Assembly: GCA_028023455.1 (NCBI GenBank)
Contig: JAQFVV010000001.1
Span: 4,340,001-4,404,000, forward strand
Source: Epiperipatus broadwayi
Lineage: Eukaryota > Animalia > Onychophora
DNA: 64,000 bases
Direction: 5' to 3'
Shown: in pieces, positions 36,801 through 51,319 of the stretch
Layout of the letters: every line of letters starts with the position of its first letter
How positions within the stretch are numbered: the stretch's first letter is position 1
The notes under the pieces: model-generated
Databases searched by the model: none
Told to the model about the DNA's origin: nothing
The model's input: only the letters and a program-made list of their open reading frames with translations
Translations under genes and position numbers: made by a program

Positions 36801-37639
36801 TATTGATTTTAAAATTCTTGATTTAAATTATTAAAATGTTTTTGGATTATCAACAAAAATTGAAGAATGTTGTTCAGCCATCTATATCTACATATATATA
36901 CGTCTAATTGTTACAGAATTATATTTTTGTTTTACTTAAATGTTTTCCCATCTTGGGATCATGAAAGATTATCTATACGAGATAGAAAAACTATAAGATG
37001 TATAGCCATGTAAAACAAAGTTAGAAAATATATTTAAAAGTAAATTTTGAAATATTTTTTTTATTCACAATTGTGCAAATATGCAATTAATGTTTTAAAA
37101 TATTTTAAAATAAATAACTTGGAAAAAAAAACATAGTTAAGTCTTTATTACTAGTCTTGGAAAAATACAGATGTGATATATTAGTATCAAAACAACGATT
37201 GTAAATTATGATGAAAGTGGTGAAAATGATATTGAGAGATTTAGTCAAAAGGACAGGGGAACTTTTATTAATTATCTTAAGAGGAAATAGACAATTATTT
37301 AAATTGTTTTGAATTTAGTAATGATTTATATAATATTTTAGAAATTAAAATGGAAGCAACAGCTGTGCCTAGAAAAAGAGATTATTGGTTCAAATTGATT
37401 TATCAGAAATAAAATATCCTATGTCACATTTATAGTAATAAGTTAGAAATAAATGAATCATCCTGGTCCATTATTTTTTAAGTTCCAAAGATTTTGAGGT
37501 GACATAGTGGAATATCCCCTAAAACATTTCAATGTAGTAGAGGAGTTTTTCTCTTTCCCCAAAATGTTTTATAAAGAGCAAATGGTTGTAACCAATGACC
37601 ATTTACATGCTACTGCAGGGTAGTGGACATTTTTATTTG

Positions 37640-38030
37640 ATAAGCTTTACTCATGTTAAGAATTTAAGGCTTCCAAAATAGTTTCTGGAATGAAGAGGTA
37701 CAAGCTATCACATGTTTCAGGAGATATACTATCTTAACCAGAAGGAAAATCTCATGTAGTACTTTCACCAACAGATGTCAAGCCCGTGGCCATTAACTTC
37801 TTACACTATTGGCAGAAGCATAAATCTTGAGATAGTGAGGAATAATATCTCAAAATAAGTGCAGCAAATTGTGGTCACTGGTGCCAAACTCACTAATAAG
37901 AGAAGCAGTAGAATTGCTAAATACTTTTTAATATGGGTGATAGGATGCAACAAGATATGGATGAAAGAATTAAAAGGTTTTGGGTGAATTGATATGCAAC
38001 TTCGGTAATTCAATCTTAGCCCATAAGATC
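37640..38030 (-). mobile_element. Decayed non-LTR retrotransposon endonuclease fragment (CR1/Jockey-like)
   Basis: FGTSDHNLL (plus 37862-37888) is the APE C-terminal SDH motif, followed by DSLYLFIPET; many stops. Confidence 0.45.
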
Positions 38031-38084
38031 ACAATGGAGATTAACTATCACATATATTTAACAGAATAAGAAAATTGTAATTAA

Positions 38085-38440
38085 TGTTGGATTATGTCCA
38101 TCATCTATTATTAATTGGTAAAGATTTTTAGAAAAATTCTAACTTTATTAGAACATTTAAAATATATTCAACTATTAATAGTAGCATACAGGTTAATACA
38201 TAACACAACATTTCAAGTAGTATTAGTCTTTTTTTTTTTTCAGGTATTGCAGATCTGATCATTGAAATGTTAATACTATCACTGGTAAGGTCAGCAACAC
38301 ATTAAGAAGAGCGTGAATATAATACCACTTGATACATTGTGTTGTATACTAACCTGTGTACTATTGCTAATAACAGTTGAATGTATTTGAAAAGTTTGAA
38401 TTTTCTAACAGTTAATATTAAATGATGGAAATAGTCCAAA
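38085..38440. mobile_element. Member of the TGTTGGAYTATTTCCATC-ended TIR family
   Basis: Ends TGTTGGATTATGTCCATCATC / GATGGAAATAGTCCAAA; shares internal TACTATCACTG..CAGCAACAC with 8392-8864. Confidence 0.7.
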
Positions 38441-39379
38441 ATATAATTACAATTAATATGTCAGCATCACAAACTTTCAGACAAAAATAAGAGCATCCCC
38501 CCAAAAAAAATATTGGGACAAAAGAGAGAAAAAAAAGGAGTAGGTGAGCATTCTTACTTTAAACCTAATTATTGGTAGTAGAAAGTATAGTGGAATTCTA
38601 ATATCATGCTTGAAACTCCCTATGCATGTAATACAAATATATTGAAAACTAGATAGGATTTTATTAGAATGTTTATTATAGCAAAATTATACACAAAAAG
38701 AAACATTGAAATTGATATGTATTATCTAATTAATTATATATACAATATTAATTTTGATAAAGGTTAAGAAACACAAGCTCATTGTCATAATAAAAACTGC
38801 TTCATTGAAAACAAATTGTTATTGAAAGGGTTGGTCCCAGAGTTTTAGTTGATAATAATAAATAGTTTAGATTGCACTTTACGCAAAAAAAGTGAAGCTT
38901 GTCTCAATCTTATTACTATTTACTAATCAAAGGTGAAGTAAAAAACTAGTATTTGATAATAATAACTAATTTTTTTATTATTAGGTAATAAGTTGTTTTG
39001 ACAAATATCAGTAAAAATGCCAAAACTCTAGCTTTACCAATCAAATAGGCAGTCAATTAGTAAGTTGTGTATTTCTGGTGATAACTGCATTAATCTAGGT
39101 TTAGAATTTATTTTTTATACAGCATAACACTATACTAGATTATACTTTGAAAGTCTAATCATTAGGATTTTTTTTTTTGCCATTTTGGAACTTATTCTCT
39201 TCAAACTAAGTGTATACAAGATGTACTTAACATTTGTGAAATTGAATTAAAAGTAACAGATCGAATAATGGAATGTTGGGTAATCTTTACAAAAGTATCT
39301 GACATGATCTGTGAGTACATTCATCAGATCACAATAAAAGAAGATAATTACCAATGCTGACCTTGTCATATCAATATAA

Positions 39380-41400
39380 AAAAGAATGGAGGAAAGCTAC
39401 TTCCCCCAGATAACAATTATTTAGTACTGAATATAAAAAAGGATGTTATCAAACTACATCTCACTGCTCGACAAATAAATGCTATTATCTATATTTGAAA
39501 GATATGTGTCATCATCCAACTATTAATTATTGATAAAATTTAAAAGCAAATTAAATTTTCATAATTGTAGAACTCACATTTATCTACTGGAAGATATTAT
39601 CTCCACAAGATCATAAATATGCATCTTTCAAATACAAAGGAATTTATATATTTTTAAAAAAATTTCTGGTTTAGTCATTAGTAGAACTGAATTGATTATA
39701 AACCCATATCTAACTATTGGAAAATATTATTATATCCTCAAGATCTATATACAGCCTTCAAATACTGAGAATATTTATATCTAAAAAAATTCCAATTTGA
39801 TCAGAAGAATTACTGTTAATTATTGTTTTTTATATTGATGATATACCATCTTCAACAATATTAAGGAGCATATCAGATATCTTCAATTGTTCTTTATTGA
39901 ATGTCTGGATAATAATATTACAATTAATTTAAGCAAAAATGCTTTTATAACTGAAGAATTTATCTAATAAGTAAAGAAGAAATAAAACTTCATCTTGATA
40001 AGATAATTGCAATACAAAATTTTTCATTGTCAGGTATCAATTGCAGTCCTTTGGTCTATATTCTATAAAAATTTAGACAAGAAAAAGTATTACTAAAATT
40101 GCTTAGGAAAAAAAATAGAATTGTATGGCTGAACAATAAGAGCAGGACTTTTATCATATCATGAAGCTCTGGTAATTGCATAACCTTCTAGTAAATTTAA
40201 ATTTTTCTATTGGGATCAGATGTAATAGTTATAATTAATTGTAAACATTTTTAACTTTTAAATTATAGTTATCTCACAAATGACAGATTAATAAAAAGGA
40301 GTTTTATTATTACAAAAGTTGAATTATAGTATTATATACTGCCATGGATTTGGGAATATAACAACTGACAATCTTAATCAAAATCCTATTTCATCAGTAG
40401 TAATGGGCAATACATTTATTGCTTTTATTAGATGTTTCTATGATGGTGATTTACAACTATTGTAGGTATTGCAAAATGCTAATGCCAAATATGGGAATAT
40501 AGTAAAAATTTTAAATAATCAGTTTTCTAAAAATTATCTTGTGGACTAATGGATTCAAACAATTGGTGATAGTTATAAACTGGTGAACAATTCATTCTTC
40601 TACAAAATAAAGTATGAGAGAAATTTTTGGAAAATCCTTAATACTAAACTCCATTAGAAAGAAACTAATCATTTATGTTTACTGCCTGCCTATTTGTACA
40701 CTATAATCCCCAAAAAGTGGAACAATTGCAGATTGTTTCACAGGGGCTGAATTGTACTTCAATTTTTTGTTAACATTGAACTTATGTCTAAATCAGCATA
40801 TAAGAAATGTGCAGTACAGTTTGTTGGCAGTCATTTATAATATATTCACTAAATATATTAGTGCATATCACATCAGAAATGGTGATGCTAAGGATATCTT
40901 CACTGTCTAAAATAAAAAAAAACCCTATAAATTGGGAAACCCAAAGGCCATTCTATCAGACCGTGATACATCTTTTTTTTTAGAGATTGAAAAGTGTGAA
41001 AAGTCAGGTCTTTGTGAGAGAATAATGCAAAAATTAAGCAAGCTTTTAAAGAATAATTATCATGGGTGAATCAAGTGAAACAAACATGTAATCAGTTACT
41101 ACTGTATATCAATTGGACTCTGTAATGAATCAACCTGATTTTTATCAGTAAGAATATATTTTGAACAATATGGTCTAATGATTATAAATGTCAAGTCACT
41201 GATAATTCCTGAGGAAATATAGATAGATAAACAAAATATTAGAGTCAAATTAATTCAACTAGGAAACTAATAAAAAATCCAGGTCAATTCACTATTGGAG
41301 AATTGTATTCGTTAGAACACTATGTAAGCAGATCACAATTGAATCACTATAAAAAGTTCTTTGTTTATGAAGAATTGTAAGTTATGAAGCAGTGCATCAA
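39380..41400 (+). mobile_element. Decayed Gypsy LTR-retrotransposon pol (RT-RNase H-integrase)
   Basis: LSPQDHKYASFKYKGIYIFLK (39597-39659), YIDD (39831-39842), integrase LGNPKAILSDRDTS (40932-40973); RT before IN order. Boundaries approximate. Confidence 0.75.
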
Positions 41401-44400
41401 TAACACACTTCTGCTTGGTTAAAATAACTATATTTAAGGTAATTATAACAATAGATCTTTAAGGTTCATGTCAATTCTACAATTAACTAAAATATTTATT
41501 GTATAATGCAGGATAGAGTTTATTTCTTAGAAATAAGGTTAATTAATATAATAAAAAAAATGGAGGAGGTTAAGGTAATCGAAACAGTAAAAGATAAAAT
41601 TGCTAAACATTATGGATAAAAGATTTAGTGACATACTCCAAAAAAATTGAAATGTGTTAAAATACATGAAACTATATATGATCATCAGCAATTTGGAAGT
41701 TAAATGCAAATAAATTTTGGGATGGATAAGGAGATAAACTGAATGTAATCTTGTCAATAGGTTTAGTTAATTGCAAGTATAAAGTAACAATTGTAAATAT
41801 TTTCAGTTTAAATGTTTTTTTTTATTTAAAGAACAGATAAATTTAGTAAATAGATAGTGTAAATTAGAAGATAAATAGAATAGGAAACCTAATTCAAAAT
41901 TAAAGACCTCCCCCCTCCCAACCACCAAGGAGAAAGAATTGAAAAGATTAAGAAATTATTTTAAGCATTCTTATCAACACAACACACTCATATTTCTTAA
42001 AAGTTAATAAATAATTTATAAAAAAAAGAAAAATGATTGATAATTTTAAAATTAGAAGTAATTAAGTATATTAATTTATTTTAGCCACTTTTAAGAAAGA
42101 CAAAAATTTAAAATAATTAGGATTTTAAGTAGAAAATAAATTAATACATGCACAATAAACTCAAATTAACACCCATTATACATTCAAATTTTAATGTTTT
42201 ATGAGAATGGTGTATTTTATTGAATTCTGTGCTGATTTATATATTAAAAAAATATAATTGAATCAAGACAAATGAAATATTGATCTATAAAAAGGCAATT
42301 AGATAAGTAAATAATTGGATTTATGATTGAACAATTTTTTTTATAGTGTTCTGACAATTAATTCCAAAGATATCATGAGTAACTTTTGTTTGAAAAACAT
42401 CTAATAAAAAGTTAAATCAGCCTATTTGGTTTTTAGTGAGAAAAAACTTCTATAAAAACCAGTGAAAATAAATTATTCAATTTTTAAATGATTGATTGAC
42501 AATTGTAATATTAATATCACAAAAGAAAATTTTTAAAAGGAAAAGACATATCTTTATATGACTGCAATGATGGCATAAATCAACTTGCTTTCATTTAAAT
42601 TGACAAATTGTATATTTGTTTGAGTCAATTAATTTTGGGATTAAAATTCCCAACCCATTTATTTTAATCTTTGAAAATAAAGCATAGATTAGCTGCAAGG
42701 AATGACTAAGTAAACTCAAAGGTTCTCTTCTTGAAAGTAAACAAAAGCATTATTTATTGCTGACAAACTAACTAAGTCATAAATGAAATCTTGAAGTCAC
42801 CAGAAAATTAATTGTTTAACTATACAAGTATAAAATAATAATTAGATGAAAATTATATCAAGGTATCTTAATAAATATTAAGAACTTTAATATTAATTGA
42901 ATTTCTAATCAGTTGCTTAATATGGAATGGCATCAAATAACCAACCATTTAATTATCACTCAAAAAATTAAAATGAAATAATGAAATTTTTTATTTAAAA
43001 TTATAGAATTAATCATCATTTTGTTAACATCCATGATTTCTTTGATAATTTATATTTATCCATATATTAATTTAAAATTATATATATCTTTAAGATATAA
43101 ATAATCCTAAATTTATTATAAATTTTATAATGTGACAAAAAGGGATGTATCAATATGTGCTATATTTTGTTTTACACCTCCTTCATATATTATATACATA
43201 ATAATACATTTTGGTGTAACGTTTGATTACAATAGAATATATATTGTTTACTGAACTGACATGCTCCCCCATATCTATTTGCATATATAGCTCAGACACT
43301 TTTATCAGCATAGTATGAATATATAAAAATGTTTTAGTATAAACAAAATAAAAATTATTAATATAGATAACAATAATGAATTGTGAGAGCATATTTAAAT
43401 ACTATATATTTGCTACATTCATTTAAAAAATAGTAAACTTATTATACTGTATCTTTATTGTTAAAAATAAAATGTATAACAAAATTTTAAAGATTCATCA
43501 CAATTAACATATTTTGGAGAATATTTTCTCTTTTTTCAATAATTTTTTCCCTCAGAAATAAATAGTACTCTCACTATGAACAGACTAAGGCCTCGCTCTT
43601 TCTTGCCAATTTCAAATTCCCAAACAATCTTTAAGTTTTTTGATTAAAAATGTTTGGATTTTTTTTTTTTTTTTTTGCCACTACTAAGTCAATAACTTTC
43701 CTTTCATTGCATAAGAAAGATACTTAAATAATTTTCTCAAATTTCATAGCCATATTAAAGCAAAAAATAAAATGTATATGTTTTCAGTGTAACTGGAAAA
43801 ATGTTTTTAATAAACATGATTGTGTACAACACAGATAGAAAAACAGCTGTTACTTGATATATAAAAAGTGTGTTAAGTTTATGATTTTTTTTTTTAATGT
43901 GATTATATATGGTGTTCTGAAATGGAAAAATAATTGCAGCCATAGCATAACATTTATTCACTTCACGAATTTAAATGTTTTTGTTTTGTTTTGTTTTTTA
44001 CATTGGGGGGGATAGAATATAATTGAAATAATGCATATTAATACAGCATATATCATGACCTTATTTGACAATTATAATTACTGATCGATAAGTTTATTTT
44101 ATTAAAATTAAATTAAAAAGGAATATGTTTTAGATATTGTTTTTTTGGGGGGGAATTATTATCTAATAAATATTAATATGAACATTAATCAGGAAAAAAG
44201 CCATGATGATTTTTTGTATACATTTTTTTTTATTATCAATTATTGATATTTTTAGAGGTACTGCATTTGCAAGAGTGACAATAATAAATATATATATAGA
44301 AAACAATTGTTTAATTATAGGTTATTAACATGGCATATTACAAAAAAAAAGCAAACCAGTTGTTTTAGTTTGATAGATTATTATAATATATTTATCCTTG

Positions 44401-46617
44401 TGTATGTAGTAAATATTTAGGACAAGATTTTATTTATATAATATAATCATTAAATTTCATACAATATGGATATCAGACTCTCACATAGACAGCATTTTTT
44501 TTTTTCCATGTGTCATAGCATCTGCCGGGAAGCGAACCCGCTAACCCAGGACAACTGCTTGTTATTCATTCAGTTTTTCAAGTTTCACAATTTTTTTTTA
44601 ATATTTATTTAAAAAGAAACATCAAATTAATAATATAATTAAAACAATTTGCTTTGTTCTATTATTAAGAAACTATAATTTAGTTAAAGAAAAATAAATA
44701 GTTAATAAATAATTAAAAGGAAATATGTAGAAATAATTCTTCCCATCTCTCTTGAATTTGCCCCCATTTTCTTCCATCCATCCTTTTTTTTTTTTTTTTT
44801 GGTAACTTTGAAAGCAATATTTTGGGATAAAAATAATATTTATTATAAAATTTACATAAATTCAGATAATTGTTTAATAATTAAACTTTAATTACTTAAT
44901 TTTTGCACAATATTTTTTATATTGAATGACAAAGTATATCATAATCAGTATATTGCCACTGAACATATGAACACAATAATTGCATTGACAGAAAGTGATT
45001 TAAATGGTCTGTTTATATTAGATGAGTTGGAATTACTATATCTGTCAAAAACAGTCATACTGTTTACTTTCTATCTAACTGTATTATTATTGAGACAATA
45101 TTTTCAGTACATACAAAATAAATACTTCAAGCAAATTTTTATAAGTTGTTGTGGGCCACAGAAATACACATTGTGAGCCATTAATTTGGCATCCCTGGCA
45201 TACAGCAATCTTTTACTTATAGCTATGACATATTTCACTTAGAAGGGTTTAGTATGTAAGTAGCGGCCAAAAGTAAATTTGCCAGAAACCACAAATTTCC
45301 AAATATATAAATTTTCAAGTAGTTAATAAATGATATATGAAAGACAAATGGACATAAATATCCATTTAATTTATTAGTGCATAGTATATAAAAGTTGTAA
45401 TTTAAAAAAAATATTACTATATTTATTTTCATTACATATGTAATTGTATTTTATTGATATATAAAGATTACCAATAACTATCATTCTATTTACAATAGAA
45501 AGATCATAACAACCCTGATGTTTAACATTTTGTAGTTAAAGTTTAAATACCTGGTAACTGTTTTTAAATAAAGCAACATTTCAATAAATATATTTTAAAA
45601 TATGTGAATTAGATATCTATTATTTTATAAAATGTTTTCTAAAATTTGTTTTAAAGAAACATCATCATATGTCATGTTCTAAAAATATTTACATATAATT
45701 ATATATAGATATCATAAATACATATATCATTATATAGTTTTGTTTAATTTTTAAGTAGATAATTCTGTATAGTGGGAAAATTAACACAAATTTTACTTTA
45801 GTGACTTGAAAATGAATTTAAATAGTTCCTAGTTATATAAAAAAATATTTATAATTCACAAGCAAACATTCATGTCATTAGAATGCCTTTACTAAGTTCT
45901 TTGCTCAACATAAAGTGCTCTCACATCACTTTTCTTTCTTTATAAGTCTCTTTGTTAAATCTCAATTCAATGGGCTTCAGTTAACAATTTTTTTAAATAT
46001 TTTTATCAACTTTTTTATCTCCTCTATTTTTTATAATTTCATTCTTCTAAATATATTTCTATCCAATTTTTCATTTTTCACTCTTTTCAACCTTTCTACA
46101 TATCTCTTTATCTTATCAGCATATCTTTTTCCTTCCATAATCCACACCCTTTTTTTTTTCTAATTTTGTTTTATATAAAGTTACACTTCAAACAAATTCT
46201 TAACAAACCTTTTTATATCTAATTTTACTAGGCCACAGTTAAATGTTTACACATATTTTTTATTTTAATAACAATTATCTAAAGTATGTTGATGTAGTTT
46301 TGTTTTTTTTTTTGCATTGGTTGGTTTTTCTTCTTTACTGTTTATTGGTTAAAGAAATAAAAGAGAGATAAAAAAAGAAAAATCCAGATAAATGTTAGTA
46401 ACTATTTCTCAGTTTTAAATATGTTGCAGTAATTATAATAAGCTATTCCTAAACTTTGTTTTGTTTATATTTTTTTTGGAATTGATTTTTAAGATTAAAA
46501 AAAAAAAAAAAAATTGTTTATGTTTAATATACATAGTTATTTCTTTTATTTTATGGAATTAATTGTAAAATAAATAAATTTTTGTTTATGTTTAATATAT
46601 ATATTCATTTATTTTAG

Positions 46618-46713
46618 GGCATCAATCAACCTGATCATTTTGGTTTTATTTGCCGAGAGACTTCATCAGATAAATATCTTTGCTATATTTTTAAATGTCA
46701 GTCAGAAATAGTG
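46618..46713 (+). CDS. TBC1D1/TBC1D4: Internal coding exon (96 bp, phase 0/0) of TBC1D1/TBC1D4-family Rab-GAP; PTB2 last strands
   Basis: attttag|GGC...GTG|gtaagt; GINQPDHFGFICRETSSDKYLCYIFKCQSEIV, matching TBC1D1 GIRHVDHFGFICRESS...VCYVFQC (recalled from memory). Confidence 0.95.
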
Positions 46714-48352
46714 GTAAGTAATAAAAATAATTTATAATCAGTATTAATTTGTATATTTCTGAAGTTGTTTATTATTTGATCCCCCCCCCCCCCAGACTCT
46801 TTACAATTTTATATTAACAAATGTACATGCTTATAGTTATTTGAAACATTTTTATATAATTATTTGAAATACAGATAGATTACAATTTATGTAGAGAAAA
46901 GTAATGGAAACAAAGTTTAAAGCCCCAAATTAAAAAAGTTTTTCAAGCACTTATTCGTTATAATCAGAAATTTTGGTGTTGAGGTGTATGATACTTCTTT
47001 GACAATTCTCATGTGATTTGTCTATTCTTGTATGAATGCAATTTGGCTTCATATACTTTGTATAATATCATACACTAATTATTGTTTTTTTTTAGTTTTC
47101 AATCATGATTCATGTGATAAATATGTAGGATCAGCTAGTTGTAATTGTCTCTACTTTTTTTTTTTAATAAAACTTCTTCCTAATTTAATTTTTTTTTGAC
47201 ATTTCTTATTAAAAACTTTTTGCATTCAGCCAATCTCAATCATTTTTTGTAAAATGCTTCAAACATAATATCTCTGGAATTTTTCAAATGTCTATTTCTT
47301 TTTGTATATTTGTTTGTAAAAGTATAATGAGAAACATGAGAAATGCAGTGCAAGTTCTGACAGTTAAATAAACTTTTAGCAAAGGTTATTTTTTTGTTCA
47401 ATTGAAATTTGAGCTACAAAGAAACTTGTTAAATATTATTTTTGGAGTACAGTTTTAGCAAGGGCAGAAAAAGCAAGTGGATGTTTTATAGTTGTGGATT
47501 TCGTGGAGAATAGAAAAGATAAAATTATAAATGATAAAGTTAAAAATTTACAAGTGATGGAAAAAGTATATGAAAAAAAAATTTAATTTAAAAGGAAGAG
47601 AAGAATTCAATCGAGCATTTAAGTTAGAGATAGTAAAATTTTGAAAACTATGTTGGAAGTAGTTAAGGAGATTGAAAATCAAATAAAAATCTTGATAAAT
47701 AATTTCAGAAAGGAGATAATTACTTAAGAAACTTTTAGTAGAGAACAAGAAATAAGATTTGCAGAAAAATGAGATAAATATATATGACTTAATTTTTTGG
47801 AGATAATTGAAAATAAATATAGCTGTAGTAATCTAGTGTCAAAAAACTTTTTACTCAATTACAGAGCTTCAATTTAGAATTGAAATTAGTATGATTAATC
47901 ATTTTTTAAACTAAATCGCCTATCTTCATTGGATATAGGAAAAATTGGATGGAAAAAATGTCTTCTCAATTACAAATATTATTAATTTCATACTATTCAC
48001 TATTTTTGATATTTAAATTTTATTAGGAAAATATGAAATTTCAAATAATAAGCAGGTTTTAATTTTTTTTTTATTATTCAAAGAAAATCACTTCATTGTA
48101 TCATGATAATAAAAGAATTTTTTTTAATAAAAAATATCCTCACATTTTTTCCATTTAGGAAATTTGTAGCTTATTTAATAATTAAAATATAGACTTAAAT
48201 ATATGGAAATATTTTATCTAACTTTTTAAAATAACCAGTCATTTCTTAAAAATCTGTATTTATCAGATAATTGTAAGCAAACACATTAATCTCCATCTAC
48301 TTTAGAACAACTTGCATTACAATAAGTATGATATATATATAATATAAGAAAA

Positions 48353-48459
48353 TAATTATAGAAATTGTTATATGAATATTATTAACTATTTCTGAGAATT
48401 AATTAATTATAGAAATTGTTATATGAATATTATTAACTATTTCTGAGAATTAATTAATT
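48353..48459. repeat. Perfect tandem duplication, 2.1 x 51 bp
   Basis: TAATTATAGAAATTGTTATATGAATATTATTAACTATTTCTGAGAATTAAT at 48353 and 48404, no mismatches. Confidence 0.95.
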
Positions 48460-48667
48460 CAATTGCTAGGGAATAAATAATGGAGTATGAGGATTAAGTA
48501 ATGAATGTTCAAAAATGTGTACAAATAAATTATACAAAAAAAAAAAAAAAATCAACTAATCTGTATGCTTTTCCATGAACAAAAAAGAACAAACAACACA
48601 AATTAATTTAATTTGTTCAGTTGGAAACTGAAAGTGATAATTACCTAAAAAGCAAGAATATTTAGAC

Positions 48668-50700
48668 ATGTTGGACAAGCAGAACATTGTTAGAAGACGT
48701 TGCACTTACTATTACATAAACTTTTATGTGTAATCAGATGCCAAGTATAGACTACATCCATATTCCGCAATTCTGCAGGTCTGATTCATTGCAGGAAACC
48801 AAGAACAAGGGTAGTGGAGAGAGAGAAAAAAATTTAATTACTATGTTATATAACAATTACTTGTATAGAATTGTAGTCATAATTTATAGTAAAATTAATA
48901 ATTTAATGTAGTTATTTTTAACTCGTGTAAAGTTTTTTTAATGTTAATTAAGGTGTGTCTAACTTGAAAAGGTTTTAATCACAATTCATAATAAATTTTG
49001 TTTAGATTAAGACATAGTAATTGGTGCACACAACACGATCGGAACTTTAACCCATAATTTATGTTGGTATACAGCTCCCATTAGCAGAAAAAGACATGGT
49101 TATTTCAACTTGTCTTGTTAATTAAAAATTATTACCAGATGATAAATGAGCAAAATTAGATGACTACATAGGATATAAATAAATTGTTTGCAAAGAGAAA
49201 GCAGTGATTGACTTTTTTTACTCAGCTTAGATCTAAAAATATTTTGTAATGAACAATATTCACAATAATAGGAAAAAATACCAGCTTTATGTTTAGATAG
49301 CCAAAATGTCATTGAGATTGCAAATAGATTGTTCACAGTAATAAACTCTGGAGATTATATATGTTAATCAATTTAAATATTACATTACTAGATTGCACTT
49401 CCATGATTGCTGCCAAACCATGAGGGAAAATGTTTAAAAATGATAGCATATCTTAATCAGAGCTGGAAAGAATATATGAATATGGAGAATCTTTAGAGGA
49501 TATGTTATTGGAACAATTTCTATAAGGGATGAATAGTGAAAAGCTGAATTGCCCTATATGTTAGTAATTATAAAATGTGATATTCTTTGAAATAATATTA
49601 ATCTAGACTTCAGAATTCTGGAAAAAAAAATTTAAAAGTCAGACTGCAACTATTAAAAAGACTGCTAAGAAAAAGTGTTATTGTTGAGGCAAAATCAATC
49701 ACATGGCCAAAGATTTTAAAAGAAATGGGGAAATGTTAAAATCTCTAGAAACTTGAAACATTAAAAATTATGAGGTGTAAATTCATTACAAAAATGATCA
49801 AAAGAGAACTTAGATGAATGCCATTGAAATTAACATTATGGACAAATACTACTCCCAGTCAAAAATTTGTTGACAATCTGTCAAAATGGAGATAAACAGC
49901 AACTTCCCAGTCAACACATTTGACATATGAAAAAAAAAAAAAAGAATGGAAAGTGTCCAGCTTGAAAGTGAAATGGTTCTTTAAGAGGATTGTTGTAAAC
50001 AAGAATCATCTTATTTTTAGAAAAAAGGTAAAAATATCTATGAAAGTTAATGATAACAAAACAAAAAATGGCCATTATTTATTGTAAAATGTATAATGAA
50101 AGCATTACTTGTAAGGGAATATTGTTTTATCTAGATGTTAAATTAATATTAGTAAATAGGATAGAGTTGAAAATGAAATTATAAATAAATTCCAAGCTTA
50201 TTTAAAAAAGAAGTAGGTATATGTCATTCATAGAACTAATGGAAAACATGAGCCTAGCAGTGTGTGCACTGTATAAGGGGCTATATATGCAATGTGAGTG
50301 AAATCAAGAAGCTAGTAGGAAAAAGAATACTAGAACTAAGTACTAATTTTGAATAGGCAATGCCTGTTGTGGGGTTTCAAAGCCTTACAGTCAAATACAT
50401 TTATGTGGGGATTACCACATAACCATTAATAAATGGCTAAAAGAGATCATATACTCAATGTTAATGAAATTGATCACTTTATGCAAAGTTTGAGTTCTCA
50501 TTATAGCAACAGATATGAAGTTAGACTGATGCAATTGCCTTGCATTTGGAATAAAATTTACTATGGTTATATTTGCTATTTTAGTGAAGTATTGCTAATG
50601 GAAAATAGTGAGAATCAACTTAAAAAAAATTATTGGGACAAAATTAAGCCTGCATAAATGTATATGTCATGCATACAAAATTAGATTTTTGAGACAACTT
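48668..50700 (+). mobile_element. Decayed Gypsy element 5' half (putative LTR, PBS, gag, protease, RT start)
   Basis: TG-started LTR-like block, PBS-like TTGGTGCAC at ~49021, gag YEYGESLEDMLLEQFL*G (49475-49530), RT *AMPVVG/SKPYSQIHLCGDYHITINKWL (50354-50440). LTR limits tentative. Confidence 0.65.
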
Positions 50701-51020
50701 ATTTCCAAGAATGGAAAGTTTTCTTTATTAAAATGATAAAGTAGAATCAGTCTCTCATCTCATTTCATATTATACTACTTCTACATATTCTAAGTTATTT
50801 TAGCCTGTCTCTCTTCAACATTTTCTAATATCGCAGTTCAATTCCTGAGAGTCTACATTTTTTATTATCACTTTCATGATCAGTTGCTTTTTGACAAGCA
50901 CATGCACTAATTTTGAGATGTTCTCTATTGTGATAACAGGACTCCATTTGTTAATTAAAGTATTTAATCCAAACAAGGAGAAATAGAAATATTATTACTT
51001 AAATTTTACTTATCTCTTTA

Positions 51021-51127
51021 TAATAATTTACTAAGGCTGTAACCTTAGAAATAAGCGTCTGAAAAATACGAAGGTAGGGACTTCTATAGGTCTTAAAACA
51101 CAAGGTTACAGCCTTAGTAAATTATTA
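51021..51127. mobile_element. Mini-MITE with 26-bp perfect inverted repeats
   Basis: TAATAATTTACTAAGGCTGTAACCTT (51021-51046) / AAGGTTACAGCCTTAGTAAATTATTA (51102-51127). Confidence 0.8.
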
Positions 51128-51319
51128 CTTAATATAATAATGGGCGTTTAATAAAATTTATAATTATCTCTTTATAGTATATTCAAATTGCTGGATTGCA
51201 CCAGTCCATTTGATTGAGAGTGATAGGTTAATATACTAGTGTGCTTTATTCCCCATTTATGAAAATTTTGAAAATTGCTGTTGGAAACAATCCTTTGTGA
51301 ATAGTAAATATGTATATAT

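Larger units (their letters stand above)
10469..46617 (+). other. 36.1-kb GT-AG intron of the TBC1D1/4-like gene
   Basis: Flanked by gtaagt (10469) and attttag (ends 46617); the exons join in frame as SFCTQ|GINQP. Confidence 0.85.

Noticed and set aside
44510-44560. B-box-like GGTTCGCTTCCC on the minus strand as a tRNA gene
   Set aside because: No A box or cloverleaf; at most a SINE scrap.
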